This document shows, piece by piece, positions 1 through 13,600 of a DNA stretch of 64,000 nt. This DNA comes from Octopus sinensis (Eukaryota), in NCBI RefSeq assembly GCF_006345805.1, contig NC_043002.1, positions 12,834,001 through 12,898,000 on the forward strand, in the 5' to 3' direction. Within the stretch, counting starts at the first letter, position 1. The number at the start of each line of letters is the position of its first letter. The translations under genes were made by a program, and so were the position numbers. Under the pieces are notes generated by a model that ran no database searches, was not told where the DNA came from, and saw nothing but the letters and a program-made list of their open reading frames with translations.

Positions 1-198
1 GAGGGGACAGTCAAGGACAAACAAACGGATTAAGTTTATTATATCGACCCCAGCGCGTAACTGGTACTTATGTAATCGACCCCGAAAGGATGAAAGGCAA
101 AGTCGACCTCGGCAGAATTTGAACTCAGAACGTAACAGCAGACGAAATACGGCTACGCATTTCACCCGGCGTGCTAACGATTCTGCCAGCTCGACGCC
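1..198 (-). mobile_element. tRNA-derived SINE (family with GTCGACTTTGCCTTTCATCCTTTCGGGGTCGAT core)
   Basis: Head GGCGTCGAGCTGGCAGAATCGTTAGC..GAGTTCAAATTC; other copies at about 18830-19150, 28120-29370, 52517-52935, 57760-57980 and 62350-63350. Confidence 0.8.
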
Positions 199-622
199 TT
201 ACATAATCTTTTCTACTATAGGAACAAGGCCTGCAATTTTGTGGAGGGGACTAGTAGATTGCGTGAACCCCAGTATTTCACTGGTACTTATTTTATCGAC
301 CACGAAAGGATGAAAGGGTGAAGTTATACTCGGCGGAATTCGAACCCGAGTATAAACAGCCGGAACAAACAAAGCTAAGCCTTTTATCCGACGCTCTAAA
401 GGGATTGATAACTCACCGTTTTAAACGGTTTCAAATTTTGATAGAAGGCGAATCATAGAGGAGTTAATGTTTGTCCAATTTCCATCTCATCTACCAAAAG
501 CATTCTGACAGTTTTACTATTACTATGGCCGCTAGGACTCTAGATCTTTCTGTAATGCGATAATTTAGAAATAAACGTGTCAAACGAAATATAATAAAAT
601 GAAATATAAAGAAGTTACTTAC

Positions 623-802
623 ATTGGTTTTGACAATATGGCGGAGGAATTTCGCTACATCTTTGAGTTTGGGGGTCAAAGAAAAGATTGAATTGACACG
701 GCATGGAAGGGTATGAGGTACGCTTGAAACAGGGAATATACCTGTGGCAGTCAGCAGGGTCACGGTTCATGCCGTCTGGGTATTGGTTACAGAGAGGATC
801 AT
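623..802 (-). CDS. Gene A exon 2: second chitin-binding type-2 (CBM14/peritrophin-A) domain
   Basis: Acceptor CTCTTCAG|AT, 180-nt phase1-phase1 exon, donor T|GTAAGT. Translates (D)DPLCNQYPDGMNRDPADCHRYIPCFKRTSYPSMPCQFNLFFDPQTQRCSEIPPPYCQNQ with the six-Cys CBM14 spacing. Not in the ORF track in this frame. Exon 3 is expected about 350 bp left of the window. Confidence 0.9.
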
Positions 803-1549
803 CTGAAGAGAAAATGTTTTAATAAAGTTTTAATGCAAGCGCGATAATTAATTTTGGTCATATCTTGATTTTTAGAAAATGTAGTCACAAGGACCATATA
901 TTATGAAATAGTATCAAATTATACAATATATACATCAGTTCACATATATACAAATGCAGATATATATTACTTCCGGGTTTCGTAGAGGAAAGACGCGTTT
1001 GCTTTTGCTCTGTGAAAAAAAACAAGAAGATTTGCATAAATCGACGAAATAATCTACTAAAACTAACAAAACGTAGAACTTGTTAACTCATAACGATCTA
1101 CTAAAATACATTAATTAAAAATATATTAATTAAAAACGTAATATATTTCGCTTGAAGCCAAATATAATACATTAAAGTTAGTTACGCATGCTAGATTCTT
1201 CGCCGTAAAAGCACGTGGTGGCAAGTCTTTAACTTATCTCCAACCAAATGTAAGAAGGAAAAAGAATTGTTCTCTTTTCTGTTTTGAAAGAAAACTTCTT
1301 CGTACAAGCACGAAGGTTTGGACTGTTCCTTTTACGATAAGTAACGTTTTCATATTTTTGTTTATTATTTTTTATTTTCCTTTAATGTAAGCTAACATCT
1401 CAGTTACGATTTACGACGCCATCTTTGTTTACATTCTGAGAATAACTTTCTTTCAATTTCTGTTTCGCTTTCAATTTATCTTTCATTTTATCTCTATAAA
1501 ACTAATATTTAAAAATTCGTTTCATATGTTTATTTTCATGTAATTTAAG

Positions 1550-4500
1550 CTTACGACTGAGAAATATAAGAGCATGGACAATTGCTAGTGGTGATCCGCC
1601 GAGCAACATCATCGCTGCCGCGCTAAACAACAATGGATTTCATAGAACCATTGACCAAATAGAGCGAATGAAAGGAGAATTTATCCGGTCTTACATGCTT
1701 GTAAGACCACACATCAAAACATTGGATAACATAATTGAAAAGTATTGTGGCAAGGCTGATGGGGATGAAGAGAACGAAAAGGAGAAGGAAGCCGGAAGTC
1801 TGTGTGATCCAGGAGTTCCTCAGGAAAATGGATCACCTACCTCGGTGACCGACCAGGTAGTGAAGGATAGGGCAGCCAAGCGAGCAGAAACCGGAAGCCC
1901 CCCTGTAGCAGTGGTCCAACAAAGAAATGAGAAATTAGAAAAACAGAAGGAAAAAGGAAGGACCGAAAACAAAAATAAGGAGGGAAAGGGAAGAAAAGGA
2001 AAAACGACCAAAGCTGAAACCCCGACCCACCACAAAAACAGCAGAGAACCCCATGTGGGATCCAATGCCAACCAGTACACTTCAGGAAATAAGAAACCTG
2101 GAAGGCACCGAAGAACCTGTAGATTCTACCTGCGGGGCAAATGTTGGCATGGGGAGGACGGCAAAAACCGCCGGTTCTCCCACCCGATAGCCCGCCAGAA
2201 CTTCAGGGGACTCAAAGAAAAAAGCTTTACTGAGGGAAGGCAAGAAATATCTCCCAGGAAAACTTTCAAAAAAGAAGTGCGCTCCTCAGATGTTCTGCGC
2301 AACGCAGCAGCTGAGCAAGAGTCTTTTTTATGCATGGCACAAAGAATTGTCCAGTAGCTAACCTAGCTACACCAAGCACAGAGAAGGAACCCTGCCCACC
2401 ACTATGCAAGACCACCACAGTCAACAGACAATGGATTGCCTCCCCTAAAACCTGCACAGCCGTCACCCCAATACTTTCAATAATTATTGAGGGCCTATTG
2501 CATCAAAGTAGGAACAATATTCCTTTCCTGACAGATCTTACTACTTGCAATCAAGCCCTATGCATAGCACTCGTGGAAACTCACCTCAGCCCTGATATAG
2601 AAGACGCAGATGTACACATACCAAACTATGCTATACTGCGAACAGACAGAAGGGAAAGGAGCCATGGTGGAGTTGCTGTATGCATTCGAGATGACCTGAC
2701 ACCCGAGGTCTTAATGACATACTTAAATTCGGTATGTGACGCTCTAATTGTATACATAAGACAACATAATATAATCATATGCAATACATATTGCCCACAG
2801 GGTGCCCCTAATCACATAGGCAAGTTTGAAGATTGCCTCACAAGAATTAAAGAAATCCTCATGAATCTGGAACACCACGTGACCATATTTCTTATGGGTG
2901 ATTTCAACTTCCCCAACGTCAAATGGCCTGAAGGTCTCATACTCTCAGGAATGAATCATTGCAAGCAAGTACAGGTGGAGTCCCCGCTCAACGTCACCAA
3001 CGCCTTATTCATGGAGCAAGTTGTACTCAAACCAACTAGGGCGAATAACATTCTGTATCTCTGCTTCACGAACAATATGGACATCATTCATGATGTGAAA
3101 GTGACACCGACATTAGTTTCGGATCACAACATAATAGAGTTGTCTATGTTTGGGCCAAAAGTAACCAGAGACATACAGCCTAAAGGAAGCACCCAAAATC
3201 TCCGGACTGGCCGGAATGTCTCTCCACACCAGACATTGACGTGAAACTAGAATGTTTCATGTCTTCTGTGCAAGCCGTATGCCAGAATTATGTTCAAGAT
3301 CACAAAGCCAACACAAATAGGAGCAAGATTCCAAGAGACAGGAAGATCCTCATGAGACGACGGACGAAGGTTGCAAATCGTCTCAACGAACTTCCCAAAA
3401 GTAGCGAAACGTCCCGCCTAAAAACAACACTGATTGAGATCGAAAAAAGGCTGCAACAATCCTACGTGAGGGAGAAAGCAGACAAAGAAGCCTAGGTTAT
3501 AAAAAACATTAAATCCGACCCAAAGGCCTTCTTTCATTACGCGAAAGAAACAGTCTCAGTGCACTACAAGATAGGACCCCTCCTCCAAAAGGATGGCTCC
3601 CTCACAGACAGTCCAACAAAGATCAGTGAGATGCTGAATGACTAGTTCAAAAGTGTCTTTACCACCTCGTTGGAACACAGACAAGTGAACGAAACAGTGG
3701 ACTTCTTTGCCGCTTCACCTATAACCAGCGAGGCGGTAACAATAGAATGTATTGACATTGGCGAAAAAGATGTCCTACTAGCCATAGATGGAGTGGACAC
3801 AAACAACTGCTGTCCAGATGGTTTTCCAGCAATCCTCCTTAAAGTTTGTAAGCATGCCCTGGCAAAACCCCTCAAGATTCTCTTCCAGAGCTTTGTTGCG
3901 AATGGCAAACTGCCAAGCAAGCTGAAGGAGGGAATAATATGCCCAATACATAAACGGGGAAGTAGAGCAGATGCCAAAAACTATAGGCCTATCACTCTGA
4001 CTTCACACATCAGCAAAGTCATGGAAAGGATAGTCAGAAAGAAACTAATCGCATTCCTTGAGGAAAATAACTTGCTGAGTGATACCCAGCATGGTTTTCG
4101 ACCAGGTAGGAGCTGCCTGACCCGGCTCTTACAAAATTATGACTGGATTTTGAGGCAGTTACTCAACAAATCAAATGTGGACGTAATCTACCTTGATTTT
4201 GCAAAAGTTTTTGACAAGGTGGATCATGCTATGATATGGCACAAACTGCGTGACCTCGGCATAGATGGAAAACTTGGAGTTTGGTTACATGACTTCCTGA
4301 AAGATTGGAGTCAGGCAGTAGTGGTTAATGGAGCCACCTCTATGAACACACAAATATTGAGCAGTGTTCCACAGGGCACTGTCTTGGTACCATTGCTTTT
4401 TATATTGGCCCTCTCAGATATGCCCTCAAATGCCCGGATGGCCACTCTGGCAAGCTATACAGATGATACGAAAGTCTCGCAGAAAATACAGAACACCAGC

Positions 4501-5433
4501 GATGTTGCAAAACTGCAGCAGGAGGTGGACTCGATCTACAGATGGGCTGAGGATAATAATATGCAGTTTAATGCTGAAAAATTCCAGGCCCTGCGCTACC
4601 AGCATCCAAAACTGAATATTAAACTTACAGGATACACCGGTCCACAGGGAATTTCAATCCCAGAGCCTAAGTCTGTGAGGGACCTAGGAATCGACCTGAG
4701 AGATGATATCTCTTTCCAAGTGCACATTACCAGGATGACGACAAAGTGCAGAAGACTGGCTGGATAGAACCTAAGAACATTCAGAACCAGAGATGAGGAA
4801 ACAATGATGGCCCTCTGGCGGACATTCGTCCTCAGCCGCCTGGATTACTGCTCACAGCTATGATCACCCACCAGCTTAAAATTACAGCTGTCCTTGAAGC
4901 AATCCAGAGACGATTCACAAAGAAGATTGTCTCTTTGGAACAGCTCAGCTACTGGGAAAGCTTGAATCAGCTAAGACTCTACTCCCTGGAGAGAAAACGG
5001 GAGAGGTGTGCAGTAATATACGTCTGGAAGATCCTGGAAGGTATTGTGCCAAATTTTGGCATTGTAAGCTACACCAATACTAAAATGGGACGACACTGCA
5101 TACTGCCAAAGATCCCAGCAATGCCATCACGCTTCAGGACCAGCTTCTGCAACAGCCTGGGTTTCAAGGGCCCACAGCTTTTTAATATTCTGCCAAAGAG
5201 TCTGAGGAACTTGCACAAAGTAGATGTATCGGTCTTTAAATCAAAGCTGGACATCTTCCTGTCGAGAGTCCCAGATAACCCTACCTCACGGCAAGAGGTG
5301 CAAATGAGAGTAGCTATGTCAAACTCCATTCTTTACCAAGTGCCACATATTAGAGGGGGTTCTTCGTAATAACAGTGTAGCAAAAAACGGCGGTGCATCA
5401 GCATGGCCGCAGCTCTGAGCTGAAACAAGCAAC
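1550..5433 (+). mobile_element. Degenerate CR1-group LINE in intron 1 of gene A (antisense to host)
   Basis: ORF1-like 1668..2357 with CCCH-like finger; APE endonuclease (ETHL, MGDFNFP, SDHN); RT (QHGFR, YLDFAKVFDKVDH, VPQGTVL, YTDD); C-terminal LYSLERKRER and GPQLFNILP; several stops and frameshifts; 3' UTR ends in (TA)n. 5' boundary approximate. Confidence 0.9.
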
Positions 5434-5463
5434 ATATATATATATATATATAAACACACACAC

Positions 5464-5567
<104 letters not shown>

Positions 5568-5849
5568 TTATATATCTGTATATATATATACAGGGAGAGA
5601 GAGAGAGAGAGATCGTTAGCTACTACACACATTTATTTCTCTCTATGTGTTTTTTCTATGTCCCTTTCTGAATAAGAGCGTAGGCTCGAAACGTAAAACA
5701 CTTTTTCTTTTCCTGAGTGTTATACTAATACATCTGTTTGTTTGTACATGACCTGTCTTCGTCTTTTGTTTTTTTCGTAAACTCTCGTTTAATAATAATA
5801 ATAATAATTATAATAATAATAATGATGATTATAATAATACTAATAATAA

Positions 5850-6148
5850 GCAACCATACTCTGGGATATGCCGATACACACAGATAGAGAAATTAAGGCC
5901 AACAGACCAGATATAGTTGTCAGAGATCATGAAGAAAAAAAATGCTTTCTAATTGATATATCAATACCGGCTGTTGACAACGTGTCTCTAAAAGAAATGG
6001 AGAATCTCTCAAAATACAAAGACCTGGAAATAGAGGTAACTAGAATGTGGAATCTGAAAACAGAAACAATTCCTATCATAGTAGGTGCATTAGGCATGAT
6101 AAAAAAATATTAGTGAAAGCACGCAATAAAAATAAAACTACTGAATAA
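5850..6148 (+). mobile_element. R4/Dong-like LINE 3' fragment (restriction-like endonuclease)
   Basis: IKANRPDIVVRD..CFLIDISIP..KYKDL motif; flanked by (AAT)n on both sides. Confidence 0.8.
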
Positions 6149-6149
6149 C

Positions 6150-6953
<804 letters not shown>

Positions 6954-6967
6954 AGAATAATAATAAT

Positions 6968-7044
<77 letters not shown>

Positions 7045-7078
7045 TGATGATAATAATAATAATAATAATAATAATAAT

Positions 7079-7149
<71 letters not shown>

Positions 7150-7152
7150 TAA

Positions 7153-7401
7153 CTGCGCCCTTTTAAAGCCTAGCAAGACTCATGGGCCTGGTTTCCCGGT
7201 TTCTGTGGCGTATGTGTTCCCCAGCTGGATGGGACGCCAGTCCATCGCAGCGTTACTCATTTTTGCCAGCTTAGTGGACTGGAGCAACGTGAAATGAAGT
7301 GTTTTGCTCAAGAACAGAACGCGACGCCCGGTCCAGGAATCGAAACCACAATCTTACGATCATGATGCTGACACCCTGAACACTAAGCCATGCGCTTCCA
7401 T
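7153..7401 (-). mobile_element. tRNA-derived SINE (paralogue 25014..25261)
   Basis: A-box-like TGGCTTAGTG and B-box-like GGTTTCGATTCC head; inserted between microsatellites. Confidence 0.7.
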
Positions 7402-7505
<104 letters not shown>

Positions 7506-7714
7506 TTAATAATAATAATAATTATAATAATAATAACCCTTTCTACTATAGGCACAGAGCCTGGAATGTTGGGAGAGGGGTCCAGTCGATTAGACTGACC
7601 CCAGTACACAACTGGTACTTACTTTCTCGACCCCGAAAGGATGAAAGGCTTAGTCGACCTCGGCGGAATTTGAACTCAGAATAGATGAAATTCCACTTCG
7701 CATTTTGCCCGGCG

Positions 7715-8908
7715 TGCTGACAGGATCTAGGATGCATCACCCAAAATCTAACATACAAAGGCTTATATACAACGTATAGAAGGTGGTAGAGGCCTTATAC
7801 AATTGGAAAACTACTATAAAATAGCCACCATAGGACTGCAAAAATATCTACTTCAGAAGGAATGAAAACTGATACAAATAGCGGCAAAACACGAGCAAAA
7901 CAAAAACAGTTTTCAGTATTTAAGGAAGGTGACAAATACAAACAAGATATCATACCACCTAACAAATATGAAAAAGAAGAAGATGAAGAAACAACAAAAG
8001 CTATAAAACAAATGAAATCCAAACTTAAAGTAGAACAGCAACGAACCATGATAAAATGAATGGCAAGAAAAGACCCTTCATGGCAAATACTGGACTAAAC
8101 TAAATGCAAAAGAAATAGACAAAGAAAAGTCCCAGCAAATGTTGAGAAGCTCAGAACTCAAAGCAGAGACAGAGGGATTTTTAATTGCAACACAAGACCA
8201 AAGCCTCCCCAACAGAAATTACCAAAAACATATAATGAAAAGAAATAAAACAAGTAACTGCAGAATGTGTGGAGATGGGCAAGAAACAATAAATCATATT
8301 ATCTTTGGCTGCCCAGTCCTGGCTAAGAAGGAATATATAATCACAGACAGGACAGAGTTGGGACCTATATACACTGGAAGCTATGCCAACATTATGGAAT
8401 AACAACAGAAAAAATATGGTATAGGCACACACAAGAAAAGGTCACAGAAAACGTGAAAGCAACCATACTCTGGGATATGGCAATACACACAGATAGAGAA
8501 ATTAAGGCCAACAGACCAGATATAGTTGTCAGAGATCATGAAGAAAAAAATGCTTTCTAATTGTTGTGTCAATACCAGCAGATGACAACGTATCTCTAAA
8601 AGAAATGGAGAAACTTTCAAAATACAAAGACCTGGAAATAGAGGTAACCTTAATGTGGAATCTAAAACAGAAACAATAACTATCATAACAGGTGCTTTAG
8701 GCATGATAAAAAATATAGCAAAAACACCAGGACTTACAAACACATATATATACAGAAAATTGCACTACAAAGCACCGCACACATCCTACGCAGAACACTT
8801 TCAATACAGTAACCATCAGCGCACCACAAATCACAGCACATACCCAAGGCACACGGAGCTGCGCTCGGTAGTGAAGTGAAAGCATGCTATAAAAATATAA
8901 TTACTGAG
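7715..8908 (+). mobile_element. R4/Dong-like LINE, 5'-truncated, ending about 50 nt from the gene A donor site
   Basis: GGRGL, ETEGFLIATQDQSL, CCHC finger CRMC..ETINHI..C, RPDIVV; tail joins TAA repeats. Confidence 0.85.
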
Positions 8909-8957
8909 TTATAATAATAATAGCAATAATGATAAATATATAGATAAAGAAACTTAC

Positions 8958-9234
8958 CGAATCTTCCTCCATAAACTGGTTTGTCGCAGTCATCATATTG
9001 GCTGTTCCGCCACACACAGACTTGTTGAGATTGAGAAAACACAGTTTGGTTACCACATGCCAACGGTATGGGAAACATAGCATTACATAAGTAGAATTCA
9101 CTGCAGTTACTTGGGGATCGGACAAAATGTGATCCGGCTCTAACTTGTGTCTGCTGACACAGAGTCATGATACTCTGACTGTAGACTGTTGACACTGCGA
9201 TCAAGAGAATGGCGGCCACAAAACGGAACTCCAT
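8958..9234 (-). CDS. Gene A exon 1: signal peptide + first CBM14 domain
   Basis: ORF 8887..9234 MEFRFVAAILLIAVSTVYS|Q...; six Cys (TLC..NC.EFYLC..LAC..QVC..DDC); donor TTCG|GTAAGT after 277 nt (phase 1), which joins exon 623..802 in frame. Confidence 0.92.
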
Positions 9235-9353
9235 TGTTGTAATTTTATCAATTATAGAATCGAACGAGAGTTAAGACGAATGGCTTGCAAAAACGCTATC
9301 ACAACAGACTAGTAACCTCTGTAAATGTGTCTCAGATCCCTAACAGTGAGCTT

Positions 9354-9361
9354 CTTATATA
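9354..9361 (-). promoter_or_regulatory. TATA box of gene A
   Basis: TATATAAG about 120 nt upstream of the ATG; the same motif occurs at the equivalent position in B and C. Confidence 0.75.
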
Positions 9362-9697
9362 GGCCTTAAATAGGGTTAGGGTGAGGTTTTGAATAAGAAT
9401 TAGGTAGTAATTCTGGTTCTTTTTTTAAAATTGATCTAATATTTGGTCTTACTTCTTCAAGCTAACAAGCCTCCGCCCAACGACCGTATTAGATAACTAG
9501 TTTATCTGTGTTGTCATTGTTATAGTTGTTGACGTTGTTGTTGTTCTCCTCCCCCTTCTGCTCCGCTTTCTCCCCACCTGCAGATTAGTTATCAGTTATG
9601 TCAATGGTGATGAAGGAGATGGCCTTAGCGTTTTATTGATAGTTATTATTCTCTTACAACTGACACTACATACATACATATATGCATATGTATATAA

Positions 9698-9737
<40 letters not shown>

Positions 9738-9748
9738 AAATATATATA

Positions 9749-9853
<105 letters not shown>

Positions 9854-9859
9854 TGTGTG

Positions 9860-9912
<53 letters not shown>

Positions 9913-10107
9913 AATATATATATACTATATATATATATATATGCCTGTAAGTATTTATATACATATCTGCTTTTATATATGCATGTAAATATTTATATAT
10001 ATGTATATATATAAATATATGTATATAAATAAATAAATCTATGTAAATATATACACATATACATAGATATGTATATACACACATGCACACACACACACAC
10101 ACACACG

Positions 10108-10159
<52 letters not shown>

Positions 10160-10564
10160 CACACACACGCACGTATAAAATAGACTTTAATTGAAGTACA
10201 ATTTCACCGAAATTAAACATATCTAAGGTAATAAATGTGAATGTCAGTGTGTCACGCTTTTTCAGCTTTAATAAATCTTTTCTACTGCAAGTACATGGAC
10301 TCATATTTTTCGGAAAGGGATTAAGTTTATTCCATCAACCCCAGTGCGTAACTGGTAATTTAATCGACCCCTAAAGGATGAACGGCAAAGATGACCTCGG
10401 TGGATTTCGAACGCAAAACCTAACGGCAGCCCGCTGGCTAAGCGAGCGGGCCAACAGCAGAAAGAGTGGGAGAAAGAGTGGTGAAAGAGTGCAGCAAGGA
10501 CCATCGCCCTCTGCCGGAGCCTCGTGGAGTCCGCTGCCCTAACCACTAGGCCATTGCGCCTCCA

Positions 10565-10678
<114 letters not shown>

Positions 10679-10684
10679 CATATT

Positions 10685-13600
10685 TCGTTCCAACAACCGG
10701 TTAAACAACCATGCACAAGAAACCCACACCACTCGCAATGATTACCAACGAAGGCCTCCTAGAACACCACACCCGAATATGGGATATCGGGACGCTCTTG
10801 TCAATACTGTTCCAAGAACACACACCATAAATCACAACAGGAGACCCAACATCAACAAAGAACAACTATATAATAGCTACCGTCCCAACCACCGCATTCA
10901 TTTTTTAGACCCAATACGCAAACACAGAGACAGAAGATAGCACCAAACAAGCAGGAGGAACCAAAAGTGATAAAAATTATCAATCTAAGTCACAAGGAAC
11001 TAACAGCAAACCAAATAAACATACTTTCCAAAGGACTCAAGTTTACACCCACCCCACAACACCCCAACTACAATGAAATGAAAGAAGACATCGCAGAATT
11101 CTGCAGAAAATTAAGACTTACTGAAGAGCTATACGACAAATACAACGAGGACGAATCGTTAGTCAGAAATAGGAGTAACTACACCCCCTCTAAAGGTAAG
11201 AACAAAACACTTGATGATTTCTGTGACTACATATCAAATTACCCATATCAACATATGCACAAACAAAAACACAAACCAAATTTCAGCAAAAAAGAATGGG
11301 CTGAGTTGAACAAATTAAAACAAGATGAAACAATAACAATCAAAGAGGCCGATAAAGGGAGTGCTGTTGTCTTAATGGATACGACATTTTACATAACTTT
11401 GGTACTATCTATGCTGGAAGACACAACATACTATGAAAAGGCACAAAACTACAGTCAACAAAAAATAATGAGGGAACTAAAATCCATGTTAAACCCATAC
11501 AAAGAAGGGCTCACCGACAAAGAATATGATTATATGACCAATTTCACAAGTAAAACCAGCCAATTCTACGGTATACCTAAGATACACAAAAGTGAGAAAA
11601 TAAGTAACGCATGCAAGATAGCTACAGACAAAATAATTAAAGTCCCTAATCCTAATGACCTCAAATTGAGACCCATAATAGCAGGTCCCGCATGCGAAAC
11701 CCACCGCCTCAGTAACTTTTAGACACCCTGTTAAAACCACTCCTCAAACATGTCAAAAGCTATATAAGGGACGACTTGGATATGCTCAATCACCTACCGA
11801 ATACTATAAACAAAAACACCATACTGGTATCCTTCGATGTAGTCAACCTCTAATCCAATATCCCCCACAACCTAGGACTAGAGGCAATCCAATTCTGGCT
11901 AGAGAATCACGCCAACGAACTCCCACATCGGATCAAAAAAGAATTCGTGTTTGAAGGGGTTAAATTCATCCTGGAAAATAACTTCTTCGCCTTCAAAGAC
12001 AACTTCTACCGGCAAAAATAGGGGACTGCGATGGGTACACGAATAGCCCCCTTCTTTGCCAACCTAGTCATAGGATATCTAGAGATCAGTCTGTATCGTA
12101 ATGTTCTAGAAAGATATGGCAGCCCTTTCTCCATCTACATAGAAAACAACTGGAAGAGATATCTAGATGACTGTTTCATTCTTTGGCATAAAAATATAGA
12201 AAAACTCAAAGAATTTCAAGAAATTGTAAACGGACTGGACGTAAACATCCAATTCACGATGGAATATAGCCAGCAACAACTCCCCTTCCTCGATATCCTC
12301 ATTAAGAAAGCTAATAATGTAATAGAAACAGACATATATTATAAGCCTACAGATTCTAAGCAATATCTTCCATTCAATTCATGCCACCCCAGATACACCA
12401 GGATGAATATCCCCTTCAATCTAGCAAAAAGGATATGCACTATAGTTTCTAATGCAAACACCAGAGACACACGACTACAAGAACTAAAAGATACCCTTAT
12501 CACCAGGAACTACCCACCTTCACTTATTGACATGTGCATTCAACGTGCCCTTCAACTTAACATCAAGGAACTGAGACATCCAAAATCAAAGAAAAACTTA
12601 CGACCAAAAGCCTTACCATACATCTCCACACACAACCCTCTCAATAATGAAGCCTTCGGCACCATCCTCCACAACATACCCCTCCTAAAAAAAGACCTCA
12701 GAATGAACACAATCCTCCAAACACACACGATCATAAAAAGCAAGAGACAGCCTAAATCTATGAAAAGTCTCATAACACAAACCCGAATACACTCTTCAAC
12801 ACAGAAGCCGACAGTAAAAAAATGAGGAAGATCCAATTACGGGATATGCGATTATCTAATTGAGGGATCAGAGTTCTCCTTCAAACAGGGACAACGGTTT
12901 ACAGTGAAAAGCAACTTCACATGTGCTTCGGAGAACCTGATATACACACTAACCTGCTCTGGGAGTCAAGAGCAGTACTTAGGCCAAACAAAAAATAGTT
13001 TGCGTAAAAGAATGGCCCTGCACAGACACCAGATAAAAATTCCCCAAAACAGAAAAATAGCTTTCAGCCAATACATAGATACTTGCGCCAACAACAAAAC
13101 ACCAGGCTTCAGGATTCCACCCCCCTACCAATTTAGGGACGATACAACCTCGAGACAACGAATAAGTAAAGAAACTCTCTTTATTACAAAATACAGGCCA
13201 CTACTTAACGGGTCTACGACAAACGATTAATATACCTCAACTTTAGAATAACAGAAATATACACACACAAATATTACATTCCAAAGAATCCATTACAAAT
13301 CAGCCCCAATCACAGCTATAATCCATAACGTGCCAACTTCAAGTCATACAACACCTCACTACATTCACTCATTCATATTCTCCCTTCTCGTTTTTCTTCT
13401 TCTTCCTCTTCTTCATCATCATCATCATTATCATCATCATCGTCGTCATCATCATCACCATCATCATCATCTTCTTCTTCTCCTTCTTCTTCTTCTTCTT
13501 CTTCTTCTTCTTCTTCTTCTTCTTCTTCTTCTTTCTTCTTCTTCTTCATCATCATCATCATCATCTCTTCTTCTTCTTCTTCTTCTTCTTCTTCTTCTTC

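Noticed and set aside
491-763. ORF-track proteins MTLLTATG.. (also 19441, 39490, 61529)
   Set aside because: Wrong-frame overlaps of the true CBM14 exon.
8940-8975. YGGRFGK looks like an RFamide neuropeptide with an amidation signal
   Set aside because: G-K is just the translation of the splice donor G|GTAAG; the spliced product reads YGGRFDDPLC.
9371-9383. Telomere-like TTAGGG
   Set aside because: Fewer than two full units; part of the conserved promoter block.
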